The notes beneath the pieces are model-generated. The model worked only from the letters and a program-made list of their open reading frames with translations. It did no database searches and was not told where the DNA came from. This document shows, in pieces, positions 35,282 through 45,437 of a DNA stretch of 64,000 nt. Origin of the DNA: a bacterium (GTDB lineage: Bacteria; SZUA-182; DTGQ01); assembly GCA_023512255.1 (NCBI GenBank), contig JAILZY010000008.1, positions 3,508 to 67,507 on the forward strand, in the 5' to 3' direction. How positions within the stretch are numbered: the first letter of the stretch is position 1; each line of letters begins with the position of its first letter. Position numbers and translations under genes: made by a program.

Positions 35282-36952
35282 ATGAAAGAAATTCTTCCCT
35301 CTCTTTTATCTTCATTGGTGGCAGCCTCAGATAATTTTCGTCCGGCCCTGGCCGGGACCATGAGACAGATCGGCCAGTATCTAGCTTTAAATAGGATTTA
35401 TGTTGTTGCGCTTCAGCCTCAGGAAGATTCTCTGGGTATTTTACATGAGTGGGTCGCCCCAGGTCTCTCATCCTCCAGGCATCATAAGTGGTGGCAGACA
35501 AATTCGACAAGTTCTCTACCTGAGTGGATGAGCCCTTTGAGAAAAAATCAGCATATTGTCTTTCCGTGGGGAAAGGGTGGGGCTGAGCAGGCAGCGGGAA
35601 TTTATCCTTTCGGGGATTTAGGAATTCAGGCTATTTTGATCATCCCTTTGTGGGCTTTTAATCGATTTTTTGGTTTTATCAGTTTTGAGGATTTAACCAG
35701 CCCACGCGACTGGCGGTCTGAGGACATCGAGTCTCTGCGACTTTTAGCTGGAATCATCGGTCAGATAAAATTCGCCCAGCAGACCGAAGAGGAGCTACGG
35801 AAGACCAAAAATCAACTGGAGGCGGTATTTAACTGCATTGCCGATCCGCTCAATATTCAGGACCGCTCACTTACTATCTTGATGTGTAATCCGGCCAGAG
35901 CATCGCTCTATAACCTTCAGGTACAGGATATAGTCGGCAGAAAATGCTACGAGGCTTTCCAAAATCGGACCGAACCCTGTCTCTCCTGTGCGATTATTGA
36001 TGTTTTTCAGACTGGAAAGCCTGCCTATCGTTTGCGGTATAGGGAAGGCAATGAGCAGCGGTCAGCCTCCTGGGCTGAGGTTTTTGCTTTCCCGATCCGC
36101 AATGCCGAGGGCGAGGTGATTCAGGCGGTTGAGTTTTCCAGAGACATTACCCAGCGTAAGCAGGCCGAGGATGAAATCAGGAAGCTTTATGCAGAACTTG
36201 AACGGAAGGTGGAAGAGCGAACCGGACAGCTGCAGAAGATTCAGGAGGAGATGGTTCATAAGGAGAAATTAGCTGTTATCGGGCAGCTAATCGGCAGTGT
36301 AGGGCATGAGTTTCGCAGTTCCCTGACCATTTTGTCGGGTATATTATATCTTCTCAAAAATCGGGGCGAGAATGAAGATATTGAAGAATTCATTGATACC
36401 CTGGAAGAGGAAATCCACAAAATGAGCCGGTTCGTCGAGGACCTTCTGGATTTCTCCCGCACCTCACCCCCTCATTTTCAGCAGGTCGATTTGGAGAAGA
36501 TATTGCAAAAGTTGCTGCAAAAGATCAATATCCCCTCTAATATTCAGGTTATTATCGACTATCCGCAAGAGCTCCCCAAGGCCTTTGTCGATCCAGACCA
36601 CGCTGAGCAAATTTTCCACAACATTATCTCTAACGCTATTCAGGCTATGCCTTCGGGTGGCAAGCTAACGATCCGGGGAAGTTGTGAAGGCTCAAAGCTT
36701 ATGCTCTCCTTTACCGATACCGGCGTAGGTATATCTCCGATCAATATCCGCAAAATCTTTACTCCCCTTTTCACTACTAAGGCCAAGGGGACCGGACTGG
36801 GGCTGGCAATTGTCAATATGTTGATCAAGAAAAACAAGGGGACAGTTGCGGTTGAAAGTGTACCGAATCAGGGGACTACCTTTACCCTGTCTTTCCAAAT
36901 CTCTCCCGCAGCAGTGGAGAAAGAGCCGACCTCAGGGGGCAGCCTGGCATAA
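35282..36952 (+). CDS. sensor histidine kinase (GAF + PAS + HisKA + HATPase_c)
   Basis: H-box GSVGHEFRSSL; G1/G2 boxes DTGVGI and GTGLGL. Confidence 0.85.
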   Translation: MKEILPSLLSSLVAASDNFRPALAGTMRQIGQYLALNRIYVVALQPQEDSLGILHEWVAPGLSSSRHHKWWQTNSTSSLPEWMSPLRKNQHIVFPWGKGGAEQAAGIYPFGDLGIQAILIIPLWAFNRFFGFISFEDLTSPRDWRSEDIESLRLLAGIIGQIKFAQQTEEELRKTKNQLEAVFNCIADPLNIQDRSLTILMCNPARASLYNLQVQDIVGRKCYEAFQNRTEPCLSCAIIDVFQTGKPAYRLRYREGNEQRSASWAEVFAFPIRNAEGEVIQAVEFSRDITQRKQAEDEIRKLYAELERKVEERTGQLQKIQEEMVHKEKLAVIGQLIGSVGHEFRSSLTILSGILYLLKNRGENEDIEEFIDTLEEEIHKMSRFVEDLLDFSRTSPPHFQQVDLEKILQKLLQKINIPSNIQVIIDYPQELPKAFVDPDHAEQIFHNIISNAIQAMPSGGKLTIRGSCEGSKLMLSFTDTGVGISPINIRKIFTPLFTTKAKGTGLGLAIVNMLIKKNKGTVAVESVPNQGTTFTLSFQISPAAVEKEPTSGGSLA

Positions 36953-37009
36953 GGATCAGGGGCAGCCTGGCGTAAGGATAATGAAAGATTTTTTAAGAAG
37001 GATAGCCCC

Positions 37010-38653
37010 TCAGGTCATCTCTCCTAGCCAGAGCTCAAGCTTTTGGGGTGATTTTTTAAGTTTTTTGTTTTCTGCCGGCTTCTTTTCAGGCTGGGTGGTG
37101 TTTTCCCTATCTCTGCTGCCGTCATCATCTTTGACCTCTTCCTGTGTTTTCCCCTGACTGTTAGTGTTCTGGTTATTGTCTGTCCCTTCTGGTAACTTTT
37201 TATTCGGCCGCGGCCCCCTGCCTTGATGATTTTGGCTATCTTGATGATTCTGAGGACTTGGGCTATGTTCTTTATCCGTAATAATAGACTGTCCGGCAGT
37301 AACCAGCCGTGGAGTGAGGAGGACAACCAGCTCCTTCCTCTGGTTTTGGGTCGAGGATTTGGAAAAGAAAAGAGCCCCTAGGATTGGGATTTTTCCCAGC
37401 AGAGGGAGCCGCTCTCGAGCCTTTATCTCTGAATTGCGGATCAGTCCGCCGATAAAAACAGTCTCTCCTGCCTTAACCATAATCGAGGTGGTAACTGAGG
37501 TAGTAGTCTTTTGCGGCAATCCGCTACTTAGAGACCCGTCGCTTACCTCAGGGTGGATATCCATCAGGATGTTGCCATCTTCAGTTATATGGGGAGTCAA
37601 CTGGAGTTGAATACCGATATCCAGAAATTCAACGCTTTGCAGGGTACTGGTTTGGGTCGAGGTGGTTAGATAGTAGCCCAATTTGCCACCGATGAGAATC
37701 TGGGCCGGCTTTCCATCAAGGACCATGATGCGCGGCTTGGCCAGGGTTTTTACATTACCTTTTTTTTCTAGGGCATTCAGTTTGAGATAGAAATGGGGCC
37801 GGCTGATGCCAAAGAAGAATTGCGGAGAAGAATCTCCAGGTCGAGGTGGAGGAGAAAGCCACGATCCGGGCGAGTTGATCCTGCCCTCGGTATTTTCCCC
37901 CTGAGAGAAGGTAGCGCCCCAGTCGATCCCATAGGCCAGATCATCACTGAGGTTAATTTCCAGGATTTGGGCTTCGATTAGAGCCTGTTTGGGAGGAATA
38001 TCTAGCGACTGGATCAGGCGCTGGGCAGCTTTAAGTTCTTTCTCGGTGCCGTCAACCAGGAGCATTCCTTCCTGGGGATAGGCGCTGATTCTGGCCTGCT
38101 CCAAAGACCATTGAATCACCTTGGATAATTCCTTAAGATCAGCATAATTGATCCGAAAAACTCTGACTGATTTGGAAGCCTCTCTCTCCCCCTGGGGCTC
38201 TTCCTTCTGCTTGCTATTATTTTGAACATCCTGCTGGCTGCTACGGCTAGCCTTCTCTTGAGCTGCTTGCCCACCACTTCCACCCTCAGGGCTGAGAATA
38301 TACACTGAGCCCTCCTTGGTCCAGGTCAGTCCCATAATCCTGGCAATAGCCGTCAGGGTATCCTCAAGGCTTGCCCGTTTAAGATTCAAGCTAATTCGGC
38401 CGCTAACCTCAGGAGTGCTAATGATGTTAACATTATGCTTTATGGCCAGGGCCTTGAGCAAGGTATTGATATCCATATCCCGGATGTAGAGGGAAGATGA
38501 CTCTCCTCCATCGTCCGTGCCTTTTCCCTGCGGGGTTAAAGGTAGGCCTTCTTCAGCCTTGCTTGATCTGGTTACTATCATTAGAAAAAGACCAATGGTA
38601 AGCAGAATAAGACCTATGGTTCGTTTATTCATATCTGGCGATCGTGGACTCAT
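37010..38653 (-). CDS. pilQ: type IV pilus secretin
   Basis: Signal peptide, N0/secretin domains, C-terminal secretin motif (VLLTPRLV). Last gene of the pilMNOPQ run. Confidence 0.8.
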   Translation of the reverse strand: MSPRSPDMNKRTIGLILLTIGLFLMIVTRSSKAEEGLPLTPQGKGTDDGGESSSLYIRDMDINTLLKALAIKHNVNIISTPEVSGRISLNLKRASLEDTLTAIARIMGLTWTKEGSVYILSPEGGSGGQAAQEKASRSSQQDVQNNSKQKEEPQGEREASKSVRVFRINYADLKELSKVIQWSLEQARISAYPQEGMLLVDGTEKELKAAQRLIQSLDIPPKQALIEAQILEINLSDDLAYGIDWGATFSQGENTEGRINSPGSWLSPPPRPGDSSPQFFFGISRPHFYLKLNALEKKGNVKTLAKPRIMVLDGKPAQILIGGKLGYYLTTSTQTSTLQSVEFLDIGIQLQLTPHITEDGNILMDIHPEVSDGSLSSGLPQKTTTSVTTSIMVKAGETVFIGGLIRNSEIKARERLPLLGKIPILGALFFSKSSTQNQRKELVVLLTPRLVTAGQSIITDKEHSPSPQNHQDSQNHQGRGPRPNKKLPEGTDNNQNTNSQGKTQEEVKDDDGSRDRENTTQPEKKPAENKKLKKSPQKLELWLGEMT

Positions 38654-39252
38654 TCTTCCTCCTGATCGAGGGTCAGGATAATGTCCCGGCCGTTTTTTGA
38701 AAGCACTACCTCCTTGTCCCTTACCTCACGTAGTTGATAGCCCATTATGCTTTGGCCTGGCATCATGGGCTGATCGTTAATTACGGCCATTGGGGTTCCT
38801 CCGGTTAGGGTAGCCTCCAGTTTAAGTCTGGGGGGCTGTGGCCAGCTCAGGGCAGGCTCTTCGCTGTTTCGCTGCTTATTATTCTTTAGCGGGCCATCAC
38901 TTCTGGTGGCCGTAGCTGCTGCGGACTGCTGTCTATAGCTACTTGAGGATTGAAATTTGAAAATATCACGCTCAACCCTATCTGGCCATTCCTGATTAGC
39001 TTTAAGTATTTGGTCCAAGGGTGGGATAGAAAGCTCCTCGCTGATGATTCGGCTGATCTCAGAAAGCGACGCCCTGGCCCCTTTTGGCCCATCGGAGAAG
39101 GTTGCAGATTGGGTTTGCCTGTCCTGCTGAAGCTGCGTTTTCCAGGAAGCGACAATTCCTTTGATTTTCCCGTTAAAGAGCAGGACCACGAGCAAGATGG
39201 CCGTCAGGATAGTTAGCTTGATCCTGTCTGATTTTGATATTTTTGTGTCCAT
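38650..39252 (-). CDS. PilP-like pilus assembly protein
   Basis: Assigned by position between pilO and pilQ; N-terminal TM/lipoprotein-like segment. No strong motif. Confidence 0.4.
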   Translation of the reverse strand: MDTKISKSDRIKLTILTAILLVVLLFNGKIKGIVASWKTQLQQDRQTQSATFSDGPKGARASLSEISRIISEELSIPPLDQILKANQEWPDRVERDIFKFQSSSSYRQQSAAATATRSDGPLKNNKQRNSEEPALSWPQPPRLKLEATLTGGTPMAVINDQPMMPGQSIMGYQLREVRDKEVVLSKNGRDIILTLDQEEE

Positions 39253-39396
39253 GAGCTGAGATTTCTCCTTGTCTTTTCTGCTTCTTAGCCTTTTATTTTT
39301 TTAGCCTTTCACTTTATCTTTTACTTACCCTATATCTTTATATTTCATCTTATCTCTATATCTATCTCATCTCATAATCTCATTTTTCACTTCTCT

Positions 39397-40113
39397 TTAC
39401 CTCCCCTCTTCTACCTCATTAGATGAGGGCAGGGTGAGAAGATCAAATCGAACCTCTTCCAGGTATTTCTCCCCCGCCACCGGGGGCCGAGTATCATGGG
39501 CGGCAGGCAGGGAGAGTTCGGTAGAGTCGGTTTGGCTTATTATGGGTGGGAGAGCCTCGGTCTGCTGTAGCTGGTCAGGTTGAATTTGTGGCCGCGACTT
39601 AGTTTCTGTAGGTTGAGTAGGTTGAGATGCATCGGGTTGGGCTTCGATTTTAAGGGAATTTGCCTTCAGGCCAGGAGTAGATTTTTCAAACTTGGCCAGG
39701 AAGCGATAGAATGAGGGAAAATCGCCGCTTAGCCTGATTAGGAGTGAATTTTGCTGGCTCTGGCCAGCTTCTGGTTTTCCTTCAGGCTGCACTAGAGCAA
39801 CGGCAAGGCCGGCTTCTTCAGCTAGTCGGCTTAAGGTTTGCATCAGGTCCCAGAGGTGATCAGAGCAAGAGAATCTGGCCTCAAGTAATTTAATTTCCTG
39901 ACTGAGGCTAGCTTTTATCTGATTTAGCTGGTTCAACTTCGATTCCATGATTTCTGTCGAGGGACCAGCGCTCAGTGAAATCTCTTTGATCTCAGAGCGT
40001 AACCCACCGAGTTTGGCATTTATCGGCCTCTGAAACAGGAAGACATAGCCGATAATTATGAGCGCTCCTGTGGCGGCAAAGATAATATCAATCTGGCGTT
40101 GATTCAGTTGCAT
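39397..40113 (-). CDS. pilO: PilO-like pilus assembly protein
   Basis: Single N-terminal TM segment, coiled coil, position after pilN. Confidence 0.5.
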   Translation of the reverse strand: MQLNQRQIDIIFAATGALIIIGYVFLFQRPINAKLGGLRSEIKEISLSAGPSTEIMESKLNQLNQIKASLSQEIKLLEARFSCSDHLWDLMQTLSRLAEEAGLAVALVQPEGKPEAGQSQQNSLLIRLSGDFPSFYRFLAKFEKSTPGLKANSLKIEAQPDASQPTQPTETKSRPQIQPDQLQQTEALPPIISQTDSTELSLPAAHDTRPPVAGEKYLEEVRFDLLTLPSSNEVEEGR

Positions 40114-40747
40114 GGTATGCGCCTTTTTGGTAAAAAACTTTTTCAGCCCCTGCTTGGTTTTGTCCTGCCTGCTGCTTATAGATTAAGGCTATCTCGAAGC
40201 TGATCGAAGGGCTCTCCTGCTCATGGCCATCCGATCTGATCAGCCTGATTTGCTGAAAGGATTGGTTTTGCTGAAGATTTAGGAGAAAGGTGCTAAGGTT
40301 CTGGTAAGATCGGCTTATGCCAGATAATTTAAGGCTATAGTAATCTTGAATCTCTTTTTGTGGTGTGCTGACCATTTCTCTTTCGATTTGGAGGCTAGAG
40401 AGTCTGGTATGCGGATCGAGAGCCTCGGCTAGATTGAACAGAACCGGCGCAAGGCACTGGTTTTGTGATCTGCCGAGCAGGACCTGTCGCTTTTGTAAGA
40501 GCTCTTTGACCTCTTGATAGGCCAGAAGCAGCCTGCTCTCTATCTGCTTGGTCTGGCGAGTGCGTCGGCGAAGCGTATCGGCCTGGCTCTCTAGCCTCTT
40601 TAGATAGCCATAAAAAGATGTTCCCAGAAGACAGAAGCAGATAATCTGGCAAAGAAGCAGGATCGACCACTTCCTAATCCTTTGCCGGATCATTCTTTGG
40701 GTGAGGATCTCAGTTGGAATTAGGTTAATTTCATGAAAGCCGGGCAT
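40088..40747 (-). CDS. pilN: PilN-like pilus assembly protein
   Basis: N-terminal INLIP motif, TM segment, coiled coil. Confidence 0.6.
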   Translation of the reverse strand: MPGFHEINLIPTEILTQRMIRQRIRKWSILLLCQIICFCLLGTSFYGYLKRLESQADTLRRRTRQTKQIESRLLLAYQEVKELLQKRQVLLGRSQNQCLAPVLFNLAEALDPHTRLSSLQIEREMVSTPQKEIQDYYSLKLSGISRSYQNLSTFLLNLQQNQSFQQIRLIRSDGHEQESPSISFEIALIYKQQAGQNQAGAEKVFYQKGAYHATESTPD

Positions 40748-41876
40748 GGGTCAAAAGGTCCTCGTGAAGGATGAGCGGCTGGCTGGGCACACCCTCCCTG
40801 ATGCCGCGCAGGGCAAGGCCCAGAGCGACATCGAAAAAGGTGTTAGAGTAAGTTGATTCTCCGATTGGTGCTATGCTAGGTAAGGCCATGACCTGAATTC
40901 CGGTCCTCTGGTGAATAAATCGGTCTAAGAAGCGGATTTTGGCTCCCTCACCGAGCAGGATTGCTCGGTCAATTACCCGCTGTTGGATGAGGGAAACACA
41001 ATATGAGAGGACTTTTTGGATTTCCTGGCAGAGTTCTTCCAGAATCGGACTGAGTACCTCATAGATCACCTGGCCAAGCTCACCTTCATCTAAAAAGGAG
41101 CCGGTGGCTCTCCCCCGGTCTAACCTAGTCGACTTTCCCGGATCTACTCCAATTGTGTGGAGAATTCGATCCACTTTTTCCCCAGTCAGTCCCAATATTT
41201 TTCCCATTCGTGCTCTGATAGCACCTGTCCCCCAGGCTATCTCCCGTACCACCAAAATCTGCTCATCTACCACTGTTAGGAACATGGTACAGTTTTCTTC
41301 TACAGATAAGATGAACTGATCCGGCAGGCGCTCTCCCTGCCGGGCCCATTTGACTGCTCGAAACAGCGCACAGTAGCGGGGTTCGATGACCGAAGGATCA
41401 AGCCCCACCTCTCTTAGCAGATCGAGGCAGCTTATTATATCCTCCCTTCTGCTGGCTATCAGCAGGGCGGCTTTTGCTGACCTTTGCTCACTGAGGGGAA
41501 GATTGAGGTAATCAATAACCCCCTTCTCAAGGGGAAAAGAAAGGTAGTTGTTGGCTTCCCGAAGAATAGCCTGATCCATATCCTCCCCTTCCTTGAGCGA
41601 GAATCGAATCGGGATAGTGGTAACCATATGATTCGGCAAGGCAGCGATAGTCTGCTTTCCTTTAAATTTCCCTTTGGCTAAAAGCTTTCTCAGCGCGCTG
41701 CTAAGCCCTGCCCCATCTTGGCCGCCAATTTTCTCAGCCGGTGGGGCAACTTCAGCCTGGGCAGCCTCCTGGATTGAGAGAGTCCCTTTTTGCCATTTTA
41801 GTTGCAGAAGTTTTATTCTGTCTGGGACAATGTCAAGGCCGATGGCTGAATAGGTAGCTCTTGCGCCTATCATCAA
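40731..41876 (-). CDS. pilM: type IV pilus assembly ATPase-like protein PilM (actin fold)
   Basis: SAIGLDIVPDRIKLLQL N-terminus and FtsA/actin-like fold motifs. Confidence 0.75.
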   Translation of the reverse strand: MMIGARATYSAIGLDIVPDRIKLLQLKWQKGTLSIQEAAQAEVAPPAEKIGGQDGAGLSSALRKLLAKGKFKGKQTIAALPNHMVTTIPIRFSLKEGEDMDQAILREANNYLSFPLEKGVIDYLNLPLSEQRSAKAALLIASRREDIISCLDLLREVGLDPSVIEPRYCALFRAVKWARQGERLPDQFILSVEENCTMFLTVVDEQILVVREIAWGTGAIRARMGKILGLTGEKVDRILHTIGVDPGKSTRLDRGRATGSFLDEGELGQVIYEVLSPILEELCQEIQKVLSYCVSLIQQRVIDRAILLGEGAKIRFLDRFIHQRTGIQVMALPSIAPIGESTYSNTFFDVALGLALRGIREGVPSQPLILHEDLLTHARLS

Positions 41877-42847
41877 GGCCTCCTTGAGTCTAGGTAGTAG
41901 ATGACTAATTTGGGCCGAAGGGTAGGGTTGTCCGAATAGCTGCTGCTGCGGAATTTATATTCATTATTTCCTGCCCGGATATCTGTCTCCAAGATAAGGC
42001 CATAGTTTTGGGCTGGATATTTCAGCCAGAAGCGAACCAGGTTTGTGGTTCGCCACCTTTGCCAGCCTAGAGTAGTAAAGATTTTGCTATCTTCATAGCT
42101 TGGATCGAAAGCACCGCCAGGGGCTGACCAGGCAAGGTGCAGATTTTTATTTCGTTCTTTCCAGGTTGTTGCAGAGGGCAGCCAATCTTGGATAATCCGG
42201 TGAATCCGATAGATATCAGGGATAAAACCTTCCTTTGGTATCTGATAAAGATACATTGAGAAAAAGCTTGACACGATCTTGGCATCAGGCGGGAGTGAGC
42301 ATTTGCTGAAGTTGAACCGAGCCAGGGTGCGACATCTTTTCCCCCCACCTTCCTCGCTGTCTAGGAGGAGCTCACTCTTGTCGTCAAAAACAGTATCCGG
42401 CTCCCCCTTTTTAATGTAGGTATCAGCCTCTTTAGTATCGCTGGTATAGGGCGGCTGGATCACCAGCCAATGAACGGTTCTGCGGGCGCTGGATTTGGCC
42501 CCGCCAACCACAGACTGGCTGTCGATCACTATTTTTCGCCCAAGCGTATCCTCGGAAAAAGAAACCGTGTAGGAGCCGTCCCCCAAGGGAAGATCAGCCA
42601 TTTGTACTCTCCAGTCCGGGTTATTCTCAAGCCGCCACAGCCCATGAGCAAGGCCAGCTTCGGCCAAATACCGAGCCTTCAATTTCTGGATTCGGTTGAA
42701 GGCCGCTTTTGTCTGAACGCCCCTAGTTTGGGCTAGAAAAAAGCAGATAAGCTCAAGGATAAGAACAGTGGTCATGACCATGACCAGAGCAAAGCCGGAT
42801 TGATTTTTTAATCTTGATTCACGGACAAAGAGGTTTTCTTTCCTCAC
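41873..42847 (-). CDS. PilX-like pilus assembly protein (PilX_N-type N-terminus)
   Basis: N-terminal SGFALVMVMTTVLILE hydrophobic segment typical of the PilX_N domain. Confidence 0.45.
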   Translation of the reverse strand: MRKENLFVRESRLKNQSGFALVMVMTTVLILELICFFLAQTRGVQTKAAFNRIQKLKARYLAEAGLAHGLWRLENNPDWRVQMADLPLGDGSYTVSFSEDTLGRKIVIDSQSVVGGAKSSARRTVHWLVIQPPYTSDTKEADTYIKKGEPDTVFDDKSELLLDSEEGGGKRCRTLARFNFSKCSLPPDAKIVSSFFSMYLYQIPKEGFIPDIYRIHRIIQDWLPSATTWKERNKNLHLAWSAPGGAFDPSYEDSKIFTTLGWQRWRTTNLVRFWLKYPAQNYGLILETDIRAGNNEYKFRSSSYSDNPTLRPKLVIYYLDSRRP

Positions 42848-43710
42848 CTGCCGATACCCTTGAGATAGATGCTGGCTCTCATAACGACCTCCTCCCCATC
42901 GGGAGTTAATACCCCGAGGACCAGGCTGAAACCAGAAGCGCCGCTGCCTGATTCCGCGCGGGTAACCTGAAAGGTGTTTACTCGCTCCAGGATAATCTCA
43001 GGCTGTCCGCCAGTATAATACCTTTCCGTTAAATTCCCGTTGGGATCAAGATAATAGACCCAATACTCAACCGGATCCTCATCAATCAGGCCATCCTCAT
43101 CATCATCTTTGAAATCACCTTCATCAATTAACCCATCGCCATCATCATCCTTACCAGCTATCCCTGGATAACCGTCATTGTTTATATCTGCGCGCCAATC
43201 CTCATCAATGAAGCCATCGCCGTCATTGTCCAATCCATCTATCCAATCCTCATCTACCCGCAGCCAACACATAAGCCAAAATCCATCCTCATCATCGTCC
43301 CTGGCAGTAGTCTCATCAATGCGGCCATCAGCATCATCGTCGATGCCCAAAATTCCCGCTGCGCCATCAGCAGTAATCTCCACCCCTGGATCCTCATCGA
43401 TTAGGTCATCTCCATCGGTGTCGATCATAGCTGAAAAGGCCAATACCTGCTGAGGCTGATTTGAGCCTACACTCTTTAGCGGCAGCAGGATGCGGTTTGA
43501 TGATCTTGCCCGACTCAAGATATGGTCCATCGCCCAGCAGACACTGTGCATGGCTTCACTTTGATGCCGGCTGTAATCCCATGATTCTAAGGCTGTGGCC
43601 AGAACCCTTGAAGTTACCCCGGCCAGAAGCGACATAATGCTCATGGCCACAAGCAGCTCAAGCAAGGTCAGACCGGCATTTTTTTCCCACCTGCGCACCT
43701 GGCGACACAT
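42844..43710 (-). CDS. prepilin-type minor pilin with Asp-rich calcium-binding-like repeats (PilW/PilY1-like)
   Basis: Prepilin N-terminal motif GLTLLELLVAMSI, followed by about 7 DxDxDGxIDED repeats. Confidence 0.6.
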   Translation of the reverse strand: MCRQVRRWEKNAGLTLLELLVAMSIMSLLAGVTSRVLATALESWDYSRHQSEAMHSVCWAMDHILSRARSSNRILLPLKSVGSNQPQQVLAFSAMIDTDGDDLIDEDPGVEITADGAAGILGIDDDADGRIDETTARDDDEDGFWLMCWLRVDEDWIDGLDNDGDGFIDEDWRADINNDGYPGIAGKDDDGDGLIDEGDFKDDDEDGLIDEDPVEYWVYYLDPNGNLTERYYTGGQPEIILERVNTFQVTRAESGSGASGFSLVLGVLTPDGEEVVMRASIYLKGIGR

Positions 43711-43720
43711 AATTAAAGCC

Positions 43721-44098
43721 TTAGAGCGCCCTAAATCTTAGGGTCTCAAGCTGGATATCTCCTGCCTTGAGCCGGATATACTTTAAGTCTGGCTCCCCAA
43801 TCGAGTCTCCATCTCCATCATAGAGGGAAACCGTTACCTGCCAGGGGATATTCACCCCCAAAATCTCAGTGCCGCTGGCATTGGCCATAAGATCAAACTC
43901 CTGGGCTAGGATCTCCTCCATCTTAGCCTGGGCAAGATAGCATTGGCTAGCGAGCCGCTGGCCATCAAAGCCGATATTCAGGCTCCCAGAAAGGCTCTGA
44001 GCTATTGGGATCATAGCCAGGGAGAGAATGGTCATGGCCAAAACCACCTCAAGGAGTGAAAACCCCTGCTGATGCTGATATAGATACTGGTTGTTCAT
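43721..44098 (-). CDS. prepilin-type minor pilin (PilV-like)
   Basis: GFSLLEVVLAMTILSL class III signal-peptide motif. Confidence 0.6.
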   Translation of the reverse strand: MNNQYLYQHQQGFSLLEVVLAMTILSLAMIPIAQSLSGSLNIGFDGQRLASQCYLAQAKMEEILAQEFDLMANASGTEILGVNIPWQVTVSLYDGDGDSIGEPDLKYIRLKAGDIQLETLRFRAL

Positions 44099-44199
44099 CT
44101 TATGAATATCATCATAATAAATATCAATAACATCAATAAGATCATAAGCATCAATAATGTTTATAAATAATGCCTAGCATAATTGTATATTGCCTGGGG

Positions 44200-44778
44200 C
44201 TATTCAACCCTTAGCCTGCCGATCCGACTAATGACAATAGTCTGAGCGGATGAGGCTCCGGCCAGGGTAATTCGGCCTTGCTGGTTTGGCTCTCCAAGGG
44301 AATTGAATTCTACCCACGAGTTTCCTCCGAAATTAGCCTCAGTCAGCTTGGCATCGTGAGATAACTCCTCCTGATCAATGGTGATCAGGTAGGGTTTTTG
44401 GGTTAAAGGATTCCTGAGCACATTATTGGGATCAATAATCGGCTGCCCTTGCGAATCATACCCTATGGCCCGGTAGCAGGTAACCTTCTGGCGTCCTTCG
44501 GTCAGATCACAAAAGAGGCCTAAGGTGGTATTTTGGTTGATAGCCTGCTGCTGGACCCAGGCCAAAGCCATGAAGATCTCACTGGCCTTTTTTTCTAATG
44601 CCATCTGAAACATGGCTCCTGAAAATTGTGGCCCTACCGCTGACAGCAAAATAGCCAGGATGAACAATACCCAAAGGAGCTCCAAGAGGGTAAAGCCGCA
44701 AGATCCGCAAGTCAGTGTAGGCGATCCACGATAAATCGTAACTTTTGCCAAAGCAGGAATCCACTTTCTTGTAAGCAT
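44200..44778 (-). CDS. GspH/FimT-family minor pilin
   Basis: GFTLLELLWVLFILAILL prepilin motif. Confidence 0.55.
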   Translation of the reverse strand: MLTRKWIPALAKVTIYRGSPTLTCGSCGFTLLELLWVLFILAILLSAVGPQFSGAMFQMALEKKASEIFMALAWVQQQAINQNTTLGLFCDLTEGRQKVTCYRAIGYDSQGQPIIDPNNVLRNPLTQKPYLITIDQEELSHDAKLTEANFGGNSWVEFNSLGEPNQQGRITLAGASSAQTIVISRIGRLRVE

Positions 44779-44821
44779 TACTTGTATGCATTAAATAAGG
44801 GTTACACCCTTACACCCACTC

Positions 44822-45337
44822 TCAATATTGGTCATAGTCGGGATGATTGGCAATGAACTCACCAGTCTTGGCTACATATTTCCAGCCGGCAGCATTTGGA
44901 TCTTCAGCCGCTGAAACCTTACCAATTTCTGAGATATTTTTATCAATCTCAACCTGATCTGCTTTGGCTTCGTTCTGAGGAATCGGATTTTTGGGAAATC
45001 CCTGCTTGAGATAAGGACCATATTTATGAGTTTCATCCTTGGTGTTGCTTATATTTCCGCTCTGATCCGTGTACTTTAGAAGAGCGGCTGTAAAATTATT
45101 GGGATCGGGATAGGTGCTGTTATGCTGGACATAGTAGAGCTCCAGGGCTCCCCGGATGCTGTTTAGATTTGATTTTAAGGCCGATACCTTGGCATCTTGG
45201 GATGAAGATGAAAATTGAGGGATGACCACCGCAGCTAAGATCCCAAGAATAATAACCACCATCAACAGCTCAATCAGGGTAAAGCCATTATCATTTAACC
45301 AAAATCTTTTCCCCAAGGGTTTGTGGTTTCTCATCAT
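44822..45337 (-). CDS. pilA: type IV major pilin
   Basis: GFTLIELLMVVIILGILAAVVIPQF, the canonical type IVa pilin N-terminus. Confidence 0.8.
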   Translation of the reverse strand: MMRNHKPLGKRFWLNDNGFTLIELLMVVIILGILAAVVIPQFSSSSQDAKVSALKSNLNSIRGALELYYVQHNSTYPDPNNFTAALLKYTDQSGNISNTKDETHKYGPYLKQGFPKNPIPQNEAKADQVEIDKNISEIGKVSAAEDPNAAGWKYVAKTGEFIANHPDYDQY

Positions 45338-45437
45338 AGTATCTTCTCCTTAAAAATTAATTTGACAGGTTTTATCGAATCATTTTTCTATGCCTTGACT
45401 TTTCTCTTAATCCAGCAAGCTAAATATCACCCCCTTG

